A DNA stretch of 64,000 bases from Thalassobaculaceae bacterium (GCA_965228875.1 OZ245843.1:2772616-2836615); one strand, 5' to 3'; shown: positions 26,813-37,444, counted from the stretch's first letter. Numbers and translations are program-made. Notes: generated by a model from the sequence alone, not told the origin.

Positions 26813-27645
26813 TGGCAGCGAGGACCCCGATGAGCCCCGACGCGTTGCTCGAACTGGTCGCTTCCGACGGCAGGCGGGTGGAGGCGGAGACCGAAAGCTG
26901 CCCGCTGGAGGCGCGCGGCCTGACCGTGTCCTATGGCGAGAAGCCGGCGGTGTTCTCCGTCGATGCCCGGTTCCCCGCCGGCAGCATGACCGCCATCGTC
27001 GGCCCCAACGGGGCCGGCAAGTCCACCTTCCTGAAGGGCGTGCTCGGCATTGTGCCGCGCCTTGCCGGCGAGGTCCGGTTCTTCGGCCGCCGCTTCGACC
27101 AGGTCCGCCGCGACGTCGCCTACGTGCCGCAGCGCGCGTCGGTCGATTGGGATTTCCCGGCCCGGGTGATCGACGTCGTCATGATGGGTCTGTACCGCGA
27201 GGTCGGGCTGTTCCGCTTCGCCGGCGCGCGGCATCGCGCGCGGGCCTTGGCGTGTCTAGAACGGGTCGGCATGCAGGATTTCGCCGACCGGCAGATCGGC
27301 CAGCTCTCCGGCGGCCAGCAGCAGCGCGTCTTCCTCGCCCGCGCCCTGGCCCAGGATGCGGAGCTCTACCTGCTGGACGAGCCGCTGGCCGGCGTCGACG
27401 CCGCCACCGAACACGCCATCATCAGCGTGCTCAAGGATCTGAAGGCCACGGGCAGGACGGTGGTGGCGGTGCATCACGACCTGTCGACCGTCGTCGACTA
27501 TTTCGACCGCGTGCTTCTCGTCAACGTGCGCAAGCAGGCCGAGGGCCCTGTGGCCGAGGCCTTCACCCTGGAGACCCTGCAGGCGACCTATGGCGGCCGA
27601 CTGGCCGAGAGCCAGATCGAGGAGCTCCGGCTCGGGGCCGGGTGA
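26812..27645 (+). CDS. Mn/Zn ABC transporter ATP-binding protein (TroB-like)
   Basis: GPNGAGKST, YVPQR, LSGGQQQR, VHHDL. Confidence 0.9.
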   Translation: MAARTPMSPDALLELVASDGRRVEAETESCPLEARGLTVSYGEKPAVFSVDARFPAGSMTAIVGPNGAGKSTFLKGVLGIVPRLAGEVRFFGRRFDQVRRDVAYVPQRASVDWDFPARVIDVVMMGLYREVGLFRFAGARHRARALACLERVGMQDFADRQIGQLSGGQQQRVFLARALAQDAELYLLDEPLAGVDAATEHAIISVLKDLKATGRTVVAVHHDLSTVVDYFDRVLLVNVRKQAEGPVAEAFTLETLQATYGGRLAESQIEELRLGAG

Positions 27646-27750
27646 CCGCCGGGGCGGCGGCGCGAGACTGTCCGACCCGCGCCGCCCTGCGCACGCCCCA
27701 GGACAGGGCCTGGAACGAACCGGGAAGCCACGATGTGGGAGACCGAGCCC

Positions 27751-28968
27751 GTGAGCACCCTTGATCTCTTCCTTCGGGCCCTCGCGCTTCAGGCCGGGTA
27801 CAACTCGGCACTGGTGGCCGTCGGCGCCGGTCTGCTCGGCATAGCGGGCGGTGGCGCCGGCGCCTTCGTGTTCCTGCGCAAGCGCGCCCTGGTCTCCGAC
27901 GCGATCACCCACGCCACCCTGCCGGGGGTGGCAATCGCCTTCATTCTCATGGTGCTGCTCGGCGGCGACGGACGCTGGCTGCCCGGCCTCGTCCTCGGCT
28001 CCGCCGCCTCGGCCGCCGTCGGCCTGCTCCTGGTCGAATGGATGACCTCCCGCACCCGGCTCGGGGAGGATGCGGCGATCGGCGCCGTGCTGTCGGTCTT
28101 CTTCGGCTTCGGCGTCGTGCTGCTCACCGTGATCCAGGCCATGGATCGGGGCCGCCAGGCCGGGCTCGACACCTTCCTCCTCGGCTCGACCGCCGGCATG
28201 CTGATCGGCGAGGCGGCGATGATCGCGGCCGGCGGCGCCGTGGCCGTCGCCCTGGTGGTGGCCCTCCGGCGGCCGATGACACTGGTCGCCTTCGATCCGG
28301 ACTACGCCGCCACCCTTGGCATCGACGTGCGCCGCACCGACCTGGCGATGATGGGGCTCGCCCTGGTGGTGACGGTGATCGGACTCAAGGTGGTGGGGCT
28401 GATTCTGATCGTCGCCCTGCTGATCATTCCCCCCGTCGCCGCCCGGTTCTGGACCGACCGGGTCGACCGGCTGATCCTCATCGCCGCGATCCTCGGCGGC
28501 GCGTCGGGCTATCTCGGCGCCGCCCTCTCCGCCGCCGCCACCGGCCTCCCGACCGGACCGATCATCGTTCTTGTGGCCTTCGCCCTGTTCGCCCTGTCCC
28601 TGGCGTTGTCGCCGCTGCGCGGCGTCCTGGCCTCGGCCCTGCGCCACCGCCGTTTCCAGCACAGGGTGCATCTTCGCCAGGGGCTGCTGGCCCTGGCCCG
28701 GGGCGAGGCGATCTTCGACCGGCTCACCCTCCGCATCCTGCGCCGAGGCCGCCTGATCCGCGCCGACGGCGTGGCGACGGAGGCCGGCCGGGCCGCCGCC
28801 GGCCGGGCGCTGCTGGACGAGGCCCGCTGGACCACCGCCCGTCGCCAGCGCGCCGACGATCCGGTGCTGGAGCGCTACGACGGCCTCACCCCGATCGACG
28901 AGGTGCTGACCGCCGACCAGGTGAGCCACCTGGACAGCCTGCTGCCGAAACCGGAGGAGGCGCGGTGA
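27751..28968 (+). CDS. Mn/Zn ABC transporter permease (TroC-like, with C-terminal extension)
   Basis: DAITHATLPG, FDPDYA; start at 27733 or 27751. Confidence 0.88.
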   Translation: MSTLDLFLRALALQAGYNSALVAVGAGLLGIAGGGAGAFVFLRKRALVSDAITHATLPGVAIAFILMVLLGGDGRWLPGLVLGSAASAAVGLLLVEWMTSRTRLGEDAAIGAVLSVFFGFGVVLLTVIQAMDRGRQAGLDTFLLGSTAGMLIGEAAMIAAGGAVAVALVVALRRPMTLVAFDPDYAATLGIDVRRTDLAMMGLALVVTVIGLKVVGLILIVALLIIPPVAARFWTDRVDRLILIAAILGGASGYLGAALSAAATGLPTGPIIVLVAFALFALSLALSPLRGVLASALRHRRFQHRVHLRQGLLALARGEAIFDRLTLRILRRGRLIRADGVATEAGRAAAGRALLDEARWTTARRQRADDPVLERYDGLTPIDEVLTADQVSHLDSLLPKPEEAR

Positions 28969-29897
28969 TGGGCGCGGAGTTCGTCCAGCTCAGCCTGGCG
29001 CCAATCGCGATCGGCACGCTTGCCGCCATCGCCTGCGCCTTGCCCGGCAACTTCCTGCTGCTGCGCCGCCAGGCGCTGATCGGCGACGCGATCAGCCATG
29101 TCGCCCTGCCCGGCATCGTCGCCGCCTTCCTCGTCACCGGCACCATCGCCGCCTGGCCGATGATGCTCGGCGCCGCCGGCGCGGCGGTCGTCGCGGTCGC
29201 CCTGATCGAGGCGATCAGGCGGCTCGGCCGGGTGGAGCCGGGAGCCGCCATGGGCGTCGTCTTCACCACGCTGTTCGCCGCCGGGGTGCTGCTGCTCGAG
29301 CAGTCGGACACCAGCGCCGTGCATATCGACGTCGAACATGCGCTGTACGGCAACCTGGAGAGCCTGATCTGGTTCGACGCCACCGGCTGGGGCTCGCTGC
29401 TCGATCCCGCCGCGCTGGCCGGACTGCCGCCGCAATTGCCCCGCCTCGCCCTGGTGCTGACGGTCGTTGCGGCGTTCATGGCGATGTTCTGGCGGGAGCT
29501 GGCGATCTCGACCTTCGATCCCGGCTTCGCCCAGGCGCTCGGGATCCGTACCGGCGCCGTCGGCTTCGCTCTGGTGGTCGCCGCGGCCGTGGCCGCCGTG
29601 GCCGCCTTCGACGCCGTCGGCTCGATCATCGTCATCGCGATGTTCGTGTGTCCGCCGGCGACCGCCCGGCTGATGACCGAGCGGCTGGGCCGACAGGTCG
29701 CCTGGAGCGTCCTGTTCTCCACGACCGCCGCCGTCGCAGGCTACGTCCTTGCCGGCTACGGCCCCGGCTGGTTCGGGGCGCCGCACGCGGTCAGCGCCGC
29801 CGGCATGATCGCCACCGTCGCCGGGATCCAGCTCGGTCTAGCCTGCCTGATCGGCCCACACCGCAAGCGGGTGGGGCAAGCCTCCGCGCCCCACTGA
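28968..29897 (+). CDS. Mn/Zn ABC transporter permease (TroD-like)
   Basis: TGATG overlap; DAISHVALPG, VHIDVEHALYG, TFDPGFA. Confidence 0.88.
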   Translation: MGAEFVQLSLAPIAIGTLAAIACALPGNFLLLRRQALIGDAISHVALPGIVAAFLVTGTIAAWPMMLGAAGAAVVAVALIEAIRRLGRVEPGAAMGVVFTTLFAAGVLLLEQSDTSAVHIDVEHALYGNLESLIWFDATGWGSLLDPAALAGLPPQLPRLALVLTVVAAFMAMFWRELAISTFDPGFAQALGIRTGAVGFALVVAAAVAAVAAFDAVGSIIVIAMFVCPPATARLMTERLGRQVAWSVLFSTTAAVAGYVLAGYGPGWFGAPHAVSAAGMIATVAGIQLGLACLIGPHRKRVGQASAPH

Positions 29898-29972
29898 GGA
29901 AGGGTCGTAAAAGAGTCGCCCCGCCGGCGGGATCGCGTGTATCTGTGGGTCGAACCACAGCAAGGACCGCGC

Positions 29973-31151
29973 ATGCCCAGCCCGCAGGAGCGCCTCGAGA
30001 GCGCCATCGCCATGACCGAACGTCTTGTCGCGTTCGACACCACGTCGCGCAACTCCAACCTGGCGCTGATCGAGGACGTGAAGGGCTATCTCGCCGACCT
30101 CGGCATCGAGACCCGGCTGACCTACGACGACGACGGCGCCAAGGCCAACCTATGGTGCACGTTCGGGCCGACCGGACGCGGCGGCGTCGTTCTGTCCGGT
30201 CATACCGACGTGGTTCCGGTCGACGGCCAGGAATGGACGACCGATCCTTTCGCCCTGACCCGAAAGGACGGGCGGCTCTACGGCCGCGGCGCATGCGACA
30301 TGAAGGCCTTCGTCGCCACCGCGCTCTCGCTGGCGCCGGAACTGGCGGCCGCCGACCTGACGGTGCCGATCCACTTCGCCTTCTCCTACGACGAGGAAGT
30401 GGGTTGCGCCGGCGTCCAGGGGATCATCGACGACGTGGTCGCCAACCTGCCGCTACCGCGTGCCGTGATCGTCGGCGAGCCCACCGGCATGAAGCTGATC
30501 GGCGGCAACAAGGGGACGCGGATCTACCGGACGCGGGTGACCGGCGTCCCCGGACATTCCAGCGACCCGCGGCACGGTGCCAACGCGGTGACGGCCGCCG
30601 CGCGCATGGTCTCCTTCATCGAGGACCTCGGCGACGAGATCGCCGCCAACCCGCGACGGGACGGTCCGTTCGACCCGCCCTACACCACGCTCACCGTCGG
30701 CGTGATCGAGGGCGGCACCGCCCACAACATCATTCCCGAATTTTGCGACGTCACCTGGGGTATGCGGGTGCTGCCGGACGACGACGGCGACGTCTACGAG
30801 CGTCGGATCCGGGACTATTGCTCCGAAGCCCTGGAGCCGAAGCTCAAGGCCGTGGCCGACCATGCCGGTTTCGAACACCGCAAGATGGTCGACGTCGCCG
30901 GCCTGCGCCCGGACCAAGAATCCGCCGCCGAAACCCTGGTCCGCCAGCTCACCGGGCTCAATCAGTCCGGCGTGGTGTCCTTCGGCACCGAGGCCGGAAC
31001 CTTTCAGCGCGCCGGCATGCCCGCGGTGATCTTCGGCCCCGGCAGCATCGACCAGGCCCACAAGGCCGACGAGTTCATCGAGATCGATCAGGTCGCGCAA
31101 TGCGTCGGGTTCATGGTCGACCTGATGGACTGGGCGAAGAACGCGTCCTGA
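29973..31151 (+). CDS. argE: Acetylornithine deacetylase (M20 family)
   Basis: LSGHTDVVP, GRGACDMK, YDEEVG, GEPT, AHKADE. Confidence 0.88.
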   Translation: MPSPQERLESAIAMTERLVAFDTTSRNSNLALIEDVKGYLADLGIETRLTYDDDGAKANLWCTFGPTGRGGVVLSGHTDVVPVDGQEWTTDPFALTRKDGRLYGRGACDMKAFVATALSLAPELAAADLTVPIHFAFSYDEEVGCAGVQGIIDDVVANLPLPRAVIVGEPTGMKLIGGNKGTRIYRTRVTGVPGHSSDPRHGANAVTAAARMVSFIEDLGDEIAANPRRDGPFDPPYTTLTVGVIEGGTAHNIIPEFCDVTWGMRVLPDDDGDVYERRIRDYCSEALEPKLKAVADHAGFEHRKMVDVAGLRPDQESAAETLVRQLTGLNQSGVVSFGTEAGTFQRAGMPAVIFGPGSIDQAHKADEFIEIDQVAQCVGFMVDLMDWAKNAS

Positions 31152-31153
31152 CG

Positions 31154-33142
31154 ATGGCGCGCGGCCACTCCGTTCTTGAGACCGAATGGATCGTCCTCTC
31201 GGACGGCACCCGGCTCGCGGCGCGGATCTGGATGCCGAACGGCGCCGACGCCCACCCGGTGCCGGCGGTGCTGGAATACCTGCCCTACCGCAAGCGAAAC
31301 GGTACGGCGCCGCGCGACGAGTCGACCTACCCGGTCTTCGCCGCCGCCGGAATCGCAGGGGTGCGGGTGGACATCCGCGGGTCCGGCGAGTCCGACGGTG
31401 TGATCGACGGCGAGTACACCGAACGGGAGCTTTCCGACGCCTGCGAGGTGATCGACTGGATCGCCCGGCAGCCCTGGTCGAACGGCAGTGTCGGGATGAT
31501 GGGCATCTCCTGGGGCGGCTTTAACTGCCTGCAGATCGCGGCCCTCAAGCCCCCGGCGCTGAAGGCGGTGATCTCCATCGCCTCTAGCGTCGACCGGTTC
31601 TCGGACGACATCCATTACAAGGGCGGTTGCCACCTGTCGGCGCAGCTTTCCTGGGCGGCCACCATGCACGCCTACCAGTCGCGGCCGCCGGACCCGACGC
31701 TGGTCGGCGCGCGCTGGCGGGACATGTGGCTGGAGCGGCTGGCGGGCGAGCCGTTCATGATGGAGGAGTGGCTGACCCACCAGCGCCGCGACGCCTTCTG
31801 GCGGCACGGCTCGATCTGCGAGGACTTCGCCGGCTTCCCGATCCCGGCCCTGATGATCTCCGGCTGGGCCGACGGCTACCGAAACACGCCATTCAAGACG
31901 GTGGAAGGCATGCCGGATCGGGCCAAGGCGCTGGTCGGACCCTGGATCCACAAGTACCCGCATTTCGCCTGGCCGAAGCCGCGCGCGGATTTCCACGGCG
32001 AGGCGATCCGCTGGTGGAACCGCTGGCTGCGCGACGAGCCGAACGGGGCGGAGGACACGCCGCAGATGCGCGCCTTCATCCAGGACGGCCCGAAGCCGGC
32101 GCGCTGGCGCGACCGCGATCCCGGTTTCTGGGTCGCCAAACAGGAGTGGGCCGAGCCGGAAAGCCGGGTGCTGGGGGTCGATGCGAGCGGCCGGCTGAGC
32201 GACACGCCCGCCGCCGCGGCGCGGCCGCTGACCCTGCGCTCGCCGCTCGATACCGGCACCGGCTCGGGCGAATGGTTCACGCTGAAGCCGGATGCCGAGA
32301 TGGCCGGCGACCAGCGCGGCGACGACATGGGGTCGCTGGTCTTCGACACGGTGGAACTGGAGGACGAGATTCTGCTGCTCGGCCGGGCCTCGGTCTCCCT
32401 TACCCTGTCGTGCGACGCGCCGCTGGCCAACCTCTGCGCCCGACTGGCCGACATCCATCCCGACGGGACGGCGATGCGGATCGCCTTCGGGGTCCTCAAC
32501 CTCGCCCATCGCGACGGCAGCACGGCACCGGCGCCGCTCACGCCGGGCGAGGCGACGCAGATTACCCTGACCCTGGACGCCTGCGGCTACCGGTTGGCGC
32601 CGGGCCACCGGCTGCGGCTGTCGCTCTCCAGCGCCTACTGGCCGACGGTCCTGCCGCCACCCTATGACGCGACCCTGACCATCGAGCCCGCCTCGCTGCG
32701 CCTCGCCCTGCCGCTGCTCGGTGAGCATGAACGTATCGACGTGGCGGAACCGGAGAATCCGGATCCTCTGCCGCGTTACGAGGCGATCACCGAGGGTCGG
32801 TCCGGGCGCGAGTTGCGGCGCGACCTGACGACGGGAACGACCGAATACCGCATCGCCGAGGATACCGGACTGACGCGGCATCCGGACAACGGCCTGATCG
32901 CCGGCGAGACCCGGGACGAGGTCTGGCGCATCCGCGACGGCGACCCGCTGTCGGCCACCGGCCGGATCGAGCGGGTCTGCATCACCCGCCGCGAGGGCTG
33001 GGAGACCCGGACGGTGAGCACCTGCGCCCTGTCCTGCACGGCGCAGGACTGGAAGGTCGAGGCGCGGGTGGAGGCCTTCGAGAACGGCGAGCCGGTGTTC
33101 GATAAGACCTTCGCCCAGACCATCCCGCGGGACATGATGTGA
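31154..33142 (+). CDS. CocE/NonD family serine hydrolase (peptidase S15)
   Basis: EYLPYRK, DIRGSGESDG, GISWGG, GWADGY, GPWIH. Confidence 0.9.
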   Translation: MARGHSVLETEWIVLSDGTRLAARIWMPNGADAHPVPAVLEYLPYRKRNGTAPRDESTYPVFAAAGIAGVRVDIRGSGESDGVIDGEYTERELSDACEVIDWIARQPWSNGSVGMMGISWGGFNCLQIAALKPPALKAVISIASSVDRFSDDIHYKGGCHLSAQLSWAATMHAYQSRPPDPTLVGARWRDMWLERLAGEPFMMEEWLTHQRRDAFWRHGSICEDFAGFPIPALMISGWADGYRNTPFKTVEGMPDRAKALVGPWIHKYPHFAWPKPRADFHGEAIRWWNRWLRDEPNGAEDTPQMRAFIQDGPKPARWRDRDPGFWVAKQEWAEPESRVLGVDASGRLSDTPAAAARPLTLRSPLDTGTGSGEWFTLKPDAEMAGDQRGDDMGSLVFDTVELEDEILLLGRASVSLTLSCDAPLANLCARLADIHPDGTAMRIAFGVLNLAHRDGSTAPAPLTPGEATQITLTLDACGYRLAPGHRLRLSLSSAYWPTVLPPPYDATLTIEPASLRLALPLLGEHERIDVAEPENPDPLPRYEAITEGRSGRELRRDLTTGTTEYRIAEDTGLTRHPDNGLIAGETRDEVWRIRDGDPLSATGRIERVCITRREGWETRTVSTCALSCTAQDWKVEARVEAFENGEPVFDKTFAQTIPRDMM

Positions 33143-33155
33143 ACTCCAAACGGCC

Positions 33156-33581
33156 GTGAGCACAACGATGAGCGCAGGCGTCCCGCCCCCCGTCAGAACA
33201 GCAGCCTGTTCCTGCGGCGCGCTGTCCGTTGCCTGCACGGGGGAGCCGTCCCTGGTCGCCCTGTGCCACTGCCTCGAATGCCAGAAACGCACCGGCGGCC
33301 CGTTCGGCGTGGCGGCGTTCTACCCGGAAGACCGGGTCGCGATAACCGGGCCGTCGACCGAGTACCGCCGCACCGGCGAGAGCGGGCACGAGATCCTCTT
33401 CCGCTTCTGCCCGACCTGCGGATCGACGGTGTTCTGGTACCCGAAGGTCAAGCCGGGCGTGGTGGCGGTTGCCCTGGGAGCCTTCGCCGATGGCGCGTTC
33501 CCGGCGCCGGCGAAACAGGTCTACACCGAGCACCGCCACCCCTGGGTGACCCTGGAAATCGCCCCGGAGCCGAAGGTCTAG
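33156..33581 (+). CDS. GFA (CENP-V/Mss4-like) family protein
   Basis: CSCG, CHCLECQK and FCPTCGS Zn motifs. Confidence 0.9.
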   Translation: MSTTMSAGVPPPVRTAACSCGALSVACTGEPSLVALCHCLECQKRTGGPFGVAAFYPEDRVAITGPSTEYRRTGESGHEILFRFCPTCGSTVFWYPKVKPGVVAVALGAFADGAFPAPAKQVYTEHRHPWVTLEIAPEPKV

Positions 33582-34030
33582 GCGACCCGGATCGCGTCCA
33601 TCGCCGCCCTGGCCTTGTCGGGGATCGGCGCGGACTTGTTGGTCGCCCGATCGACATAGACATGGACGAAATGGCCGAAGGCGCAGATCGCCTCCTGGCC
33701 TCGTCTGAACAACCCGACCTCGTAGGTCACCGACGACGTCCCGATCCGCGCCACCCGGATGCCGGCCTCGACCACGTCGGGAAAGGCGATCGGCCGCCTG
33801 TAGGAGCATTTCGTTTCGACCACGAAGCCGACCGTGTCGCCCCCCAGATAGTCGAGCCCGCCGTTCTCGATCAGGTACTGGTTCACCACCGTGTCGAAAT
33901 ACGAGTAGTACTCGACATTGTTCACATGCCCGTAGACGTCGTTGTCCATCCAGCGGGTCGGGATCTCCAGGAAATGCCGGTAATCGGCGCGGGTGAGTTC
34001 CGGTGGCTTTTCATCGGGTTGGCCACTCAT
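33578..34030 (-). CDS. Acyl-CoA thioesterase (4HBT family)
   Basis: RWMDNDVYGHVNN, FVHVYVD. Confidence 0.9.
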   Translation of the reverse strand: MSGQPDEKPPELTRADYRHFLEIPTRWMDNDVYGHVNNVEYYSYFDTVVNQYLIENGGLDYLGGDTVGFVVETKCSYRRPIAFPDVVEAGIRVARIGTSSVTYEVGLFRRGQEAICAFGHFVHVYVDRATNKSAPIPDKARAAMDAIRVA

Positions 34031-34830
34031 GCCGCGATCCCCTTGAGGAAGTCACGCAGGGTGTCGAGCACCTCGTCCGGCCGTTCGATCGACATCATGT
34101 GGCCGGTCGCCGGCAGCACCGCGAGTCTGGCGTCGGAGAACGATCCGGCCAGGGCCTTCGCCCCCTTCAGCGGGGTCATGCGGTCGTCGTCGCCGGCGAC
34201 GATCAGCACCGGGCAGGACACCTTGCCGGCTGCTTCGGTGGCACCCGCATAGCCGTTGGACGCCTTAAGATCGACGCCGAGCGGTCCCTTCAGCCCACGC
34301 TCCAGGGTCCGCAGTCCGGCCCCCGGCATCCAGGCGCCCGGCGCGCGGTTGCCGCCGATCTGCGCCGGACGGCCGAAGCCCCAGCCGATCATCGCCTCGA
34401 CCGCGCCGTGCTCGCCGCCATCGGCGGCCCCCTGCAGCGCCGGATTCACCGGCATCGCCGCCGCCGCCCCCAGCATCATCAGCCCGAGCGCGGCATCGCC
34501 CGCCCGGCTCGCCGCCTCCAGCGCGATCAGCGCACCCAGCGAGTGGCCGGCCAGCGCGAACCTCTCCGCGCCCGTCGCCTGGACCGCCTTCAGCACCCAG
34601 GCGGCCATGGCCGGCACATCCTCCAGCGCCGGTCCGGCGCTGCCACCGTGACCCGGCAGGTCGAGCGCCAGCACCGACCAGCCGTGATGGGCGAAGTAGC
34701 GGGTCTGCAGGGTCCAGACCGTGTGGTCCATCCCGGCCCCGTGAATGAAGACCAGGGCGGGGCGTGCGGGATCGAACGGGCGCCCGCCGGTGGCGGCGAA
34801 GGCCTCGGTCCCCTCGACAGTCAGCTTCAT
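34027..34830 (-). CDS. Alpha/beta hydrolase
   Basis: IHGAG, DLPGHG, GHSLG, GH; ATGA overlaps on both sides. Confidence 0.88.
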   Translation of the reverse strand: MKLTVEGTEAFAATGGRPFDPARPALVFIHGAGMDHTVWTLQTRYFAHHGWSVLALDLPGHGGSAGPALEDVPAMAAWVLKAVQATGAERFALAGHSLGALIALEAASRAGDAALGLMMLGAAAAMPVNPALQGAADGGEHGAVEAMIGWGFGRPAQIGGNRAPGAWMPGAGLRTLERGLKGPLGVDLKASNGYAGATEAAGKVSCPVLIVAGDDDRMTPLKGAKALAGSFSDARLAVLPATGHMMSIERPDEVLDTLRDFLKGIAA

Positions 34831-36170
34831 GCGCCGGCGGCTCCAGCGAGTTTCACGGGGGATTTGGGCTGGGTCGCCCGGGCAGCGGCGCGCAACGCCT
34901 GCTTCAGGTCGTCGACGATGTCCTTGGGGTCCTCCAGGCCAACCGACAGACGCACCAGATCCTCGCTCAACCCGGCCGCCTTCATGGTCTCGGCGTCGAG
35001 CTGCTGGTGGGTGGTGCTGGCGGGGTGCAGGACCAGGGACTTGGCGTCGCCGACATTGGCCAGATGCGACCACAGGCGCAGGGATTCGATGAACACCCGC
35101 CCGGCTTCGCGCCCGCCCTTGATGCCGAAGGCGATCATCGAGCCGGCCCCCTTCGGCAGCAGCTTGGTCGCCACCGCGTGGTCGGGGTGGTCCTCCAGCT
35201 CCGGATAGGCGACCCATTCCACCTCGTCCGCACCCTTCAGGAAGGCGACGACGGCGCGGGCATTGGCCACGTGGCGGTCCATGCGCAGCGGCAGGGTCTC
35301 GATCCCCTGCAGGATGTGGAAGGCGTTGGCCGGGCTCATGCAGGCGCCGAAATCGCGCAGGCCCTCGGCCCGGGCGCGCATCAGCAGCGCCTGGGGACCG
35401 TACTCCTCGGCGAAGTCGAGGCCGTGATAGCCGGCATAGGGCTCGGTCAGGGTCGGGAACTTGCCGGACGCCTCCCAGTCGAAGGTGCCGCCGTCGACCA
35501 GGATACCGCCCAGCGCGACACCGTGGCCGCCGAGCCACTTGGTCGCCGAGTGCATGACCAGATCCGCACCGTGGTCGATCGGCCGGCACAGATGCGGGGT
35601 GGCGAAGGTGCTGTCGACCATCAGCGGGATGCCCGCCTCGTGGGCGATCTCGGCCATGGCGGCGATGTCCATCACCTCCAGGCCCGGATTGCCGATGGTC
35701 TCGCCGAAGATCAGCCGGGTCTCCGGCCGGATCGCCTTGCGGAAACCGTCCAGGTCGCGCGGGTGGACCTTCGTGGTCTCGATCCCGAACCGCGGCAGGG
35801 TATGGCTGAACAGGTTGTGGCTGCCGCCGTACAGGGCGGAGGAGGCGACGATGTGCCCGCCCTGACCCATCAGAGTGCTGATCGCCAGGAACAGGGCGGC
35901 ATGGCCGCTCGCCGTCGCGATCGCACCGACGCCGCCCTCCAGGGCCGCCACCCGCTCCTCCAGGACCGCCACGGTGGGATTGGAGATGCGCGAGTAGATG
36001 TGGCCGGCGCGCTCCAGATTGAACAGCGAGGCGGCGTGGTCGACATCTTTGAAGACGTAGGAGGTGGTCTGGTAGATCGGCACCGCGCGGGCACCCGTGG
36101 CGGGGTCCGGTTGCTGCCCCGCGTGCAGGCTGAGCGTGTCGAATCCGAAGACGTTTCCGTCGGAGCTCAT
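34827..36170 (-). CDS. metY: O-acetylhomoserine aminocarboxypropyltransferase (MetY family)
   Basis: PIYQTTSY, YSRISNPT, HSATKW (PLP Lys), LANVGDAKSL, HPASTTH. Confidence 0.85.
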   Translation of the reverse strand: MSSDGNVFGFDTLSLHAGQQPDPATGARAVPIYQTTSYVFKDVDHAASLFNLERAGHIYSRISNPTVAVLEERVAALEGGVGAIATASGHAALFLAISTLMGQGGHIVASSALYGGSHNLFSHTLPRFGIETTKVHPRDLDGFRKAIRPETRLIFGETIGNPGLEVMDIAAMAEIAHEAGIPLMVDSTFATPHLCRPIDHGADLVMHSATKWLGGHGVALGGILVDGGTFDWEASGKFPTLTEPYAGYHGLDFAEEYGPQALLMRARAEGLRDFGACMSPANAFHILQGIETLPLRMDRHVANARAVVAFLKGADEVEWVAYPELEDHPDHAVATKLLPKGAGSMIAFGIKGGREAGRVFIESLRLWSHLANVGDAKSLVLHPASTTHQQLDAETMKAAGLSEDLVRLSVGLEDPKDIVDDLKQALRAAARATQPKSPVKLAGAAGA

Positions 36171-36377
36171 CGCATCCCTCCGATGACGGTAGAATAACCC
36201 ATTTCCGACATTTCGCGCGCCGGCGACAGCGTCGGACGGCCTGCAGTCTAGCCGACCCGACCGGTCGCCGTCCCCATCCGCGAAAACCCATACTCCAGAT
36301 ACGGTTACGGGGCCGCGCACGCGCGGCCCCGCCCGATTTCTTCGCTGTGAGCTCCCTGCCCAACTTGTATCGGCCAG

Positions 36378-36406
36378 ACGCTATCGACGCCGTGCCCTCC
36401 CGTCAA
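36378..36406 (-). promoter_or_regulatory. Putative sigma70 promoter upstream of metY
   Basis: Minus strand TTGACG-N17-TAGCGT. Confidence 0.4.
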
Positions 36407-36464
36407 GCACGTTGAGGCGAAGAAAATCACATGCGCGAGAAGTGTTCCCGTTGCGACATTGGAG

Positions 36465-36650
36465 TCACGATTTGAATAAGGCGTTCGCGGCGTCGGCGAC
36501 CCCTTTTTTCCGGCCAATCATTTCCCGCGCGCGAATGATCTCGGCTTCCATCGCCTGGATGTAGTCTTCCAGGTCCTCAATATTCCATGTCGAGAGATCA
36601 CGCGGCTTCTTGGGGCGCTTGCCCGGTTCGAGCTCTTCCAGATCGATCAT
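36465..36650 (-). CDS. DUF1192 family protein
   Basis: DLSTWNIEDLEDYIQAMEAEIIR...AANALFK; GGAGG RBS. Confidence 0.85.
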   Translation of the reverse strand: MIDLEELEPGKRPKKPRDLSTWNIEDLEDYIQAMEAEIIRAREMIGRKKGVADAANALFKS

Positions 36651-36790
36651 CGCCACCTCCTCGGGACGGGCCGCACCACATTGCGTTTGCCTGTCGCGCC
36701 AGCGTCTCTATATAACGACCGGAATCCGTAATAACCGACGCCATGCACCTTCTTACGCGGGTCCGACCCGACGGCAAGGGAGAGACTACC

Positions 36791-37357
36791 ATGACGCAGC
36801 CGCTGATGCCCAAGGCCACCGCCGTCTGGCTGATCGACAACACCGCCCTCACCTTCGAGCAGATTGCAGACTTCTGCCAACTGCACGCGCTTGAGGTTCA
36901 GGCCATCGCCGACGGCGAGGTGAGCGCCGGGATCCAGGGATTCGACCCGGTCCTGAACGGTCAGGTCACCCGCGAGGAACTGGAGCGGTGCGAGAAGGAC
37001 CCGAAGACGCGGCTGGCGATGGCGAAGTCGACGCTGCCGAAGCCGGTCGACCGCACCAAGGGTCCGAAATACGTGCCCGTCGCCAAGCGCGGCGACAAGC
37101 CGGACGCCATCGCCTGGCTGCTGAAGCACCACGAGGAACTGAAGGACTCGCAGGTCGCCAAGCTGGTCGGCACCACCAAGGACACGATCAACAAGGTCCG
37201 CGAGCGCACCCACTGGAACTCCCAGAACATCCAGGCGCGCCACCCGGTCCTCCTCGGCCTGTGCACCCAGCGCGACCTCGACGCCGCCATCGAGAAGGCC
37301 GGCGGCACCAGGGTCCCGCCGGAAGAGCAGCTCGAGTCGATCAGCGAACTCCCCTGA
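36791..37357 (+). CDS. trcR: Cell-cycle transcriptional regulator TrcR (DUF1013)
   Basis: PLMPKATAVWLIDNTALTFEQIA, DKPDAIAWL, GTTK, THWN. Confidence 0.85.
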   Translation: MTQPLMPKATAVWLIDNTALTFEQIADFCQLHALEVQAIADGEVSAGIQGFDPVLNGQVTREELERCEKDPKTRLAMAKSTLPKPVDRTKGPKYVPVAKRGDKPDAIAWLLKHHEELKDSQVAKLVGTTKDTINKVRERTHWNSQNIQARHPVLLGLCTQRDLDAAIEKAGGTRVPPEEQLESISELP

Positions 37358-37444
37358 CCGCGCAGGCGGCCGACCTCCCCGGGAGCGCTTCGGCGCCTTC
37401 CGGAGGTCGGATCGGACGCCACTCAGCCCCTCGCCTTGCGCCGC

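Noticed and set aside
29648..33142. 1,164-aa ORF suggesting a giant CocE fusion
   Set aside because: The N-terminal half is an Arg/Pro-rich shadow frame over argE; the real start is ATG 31154.
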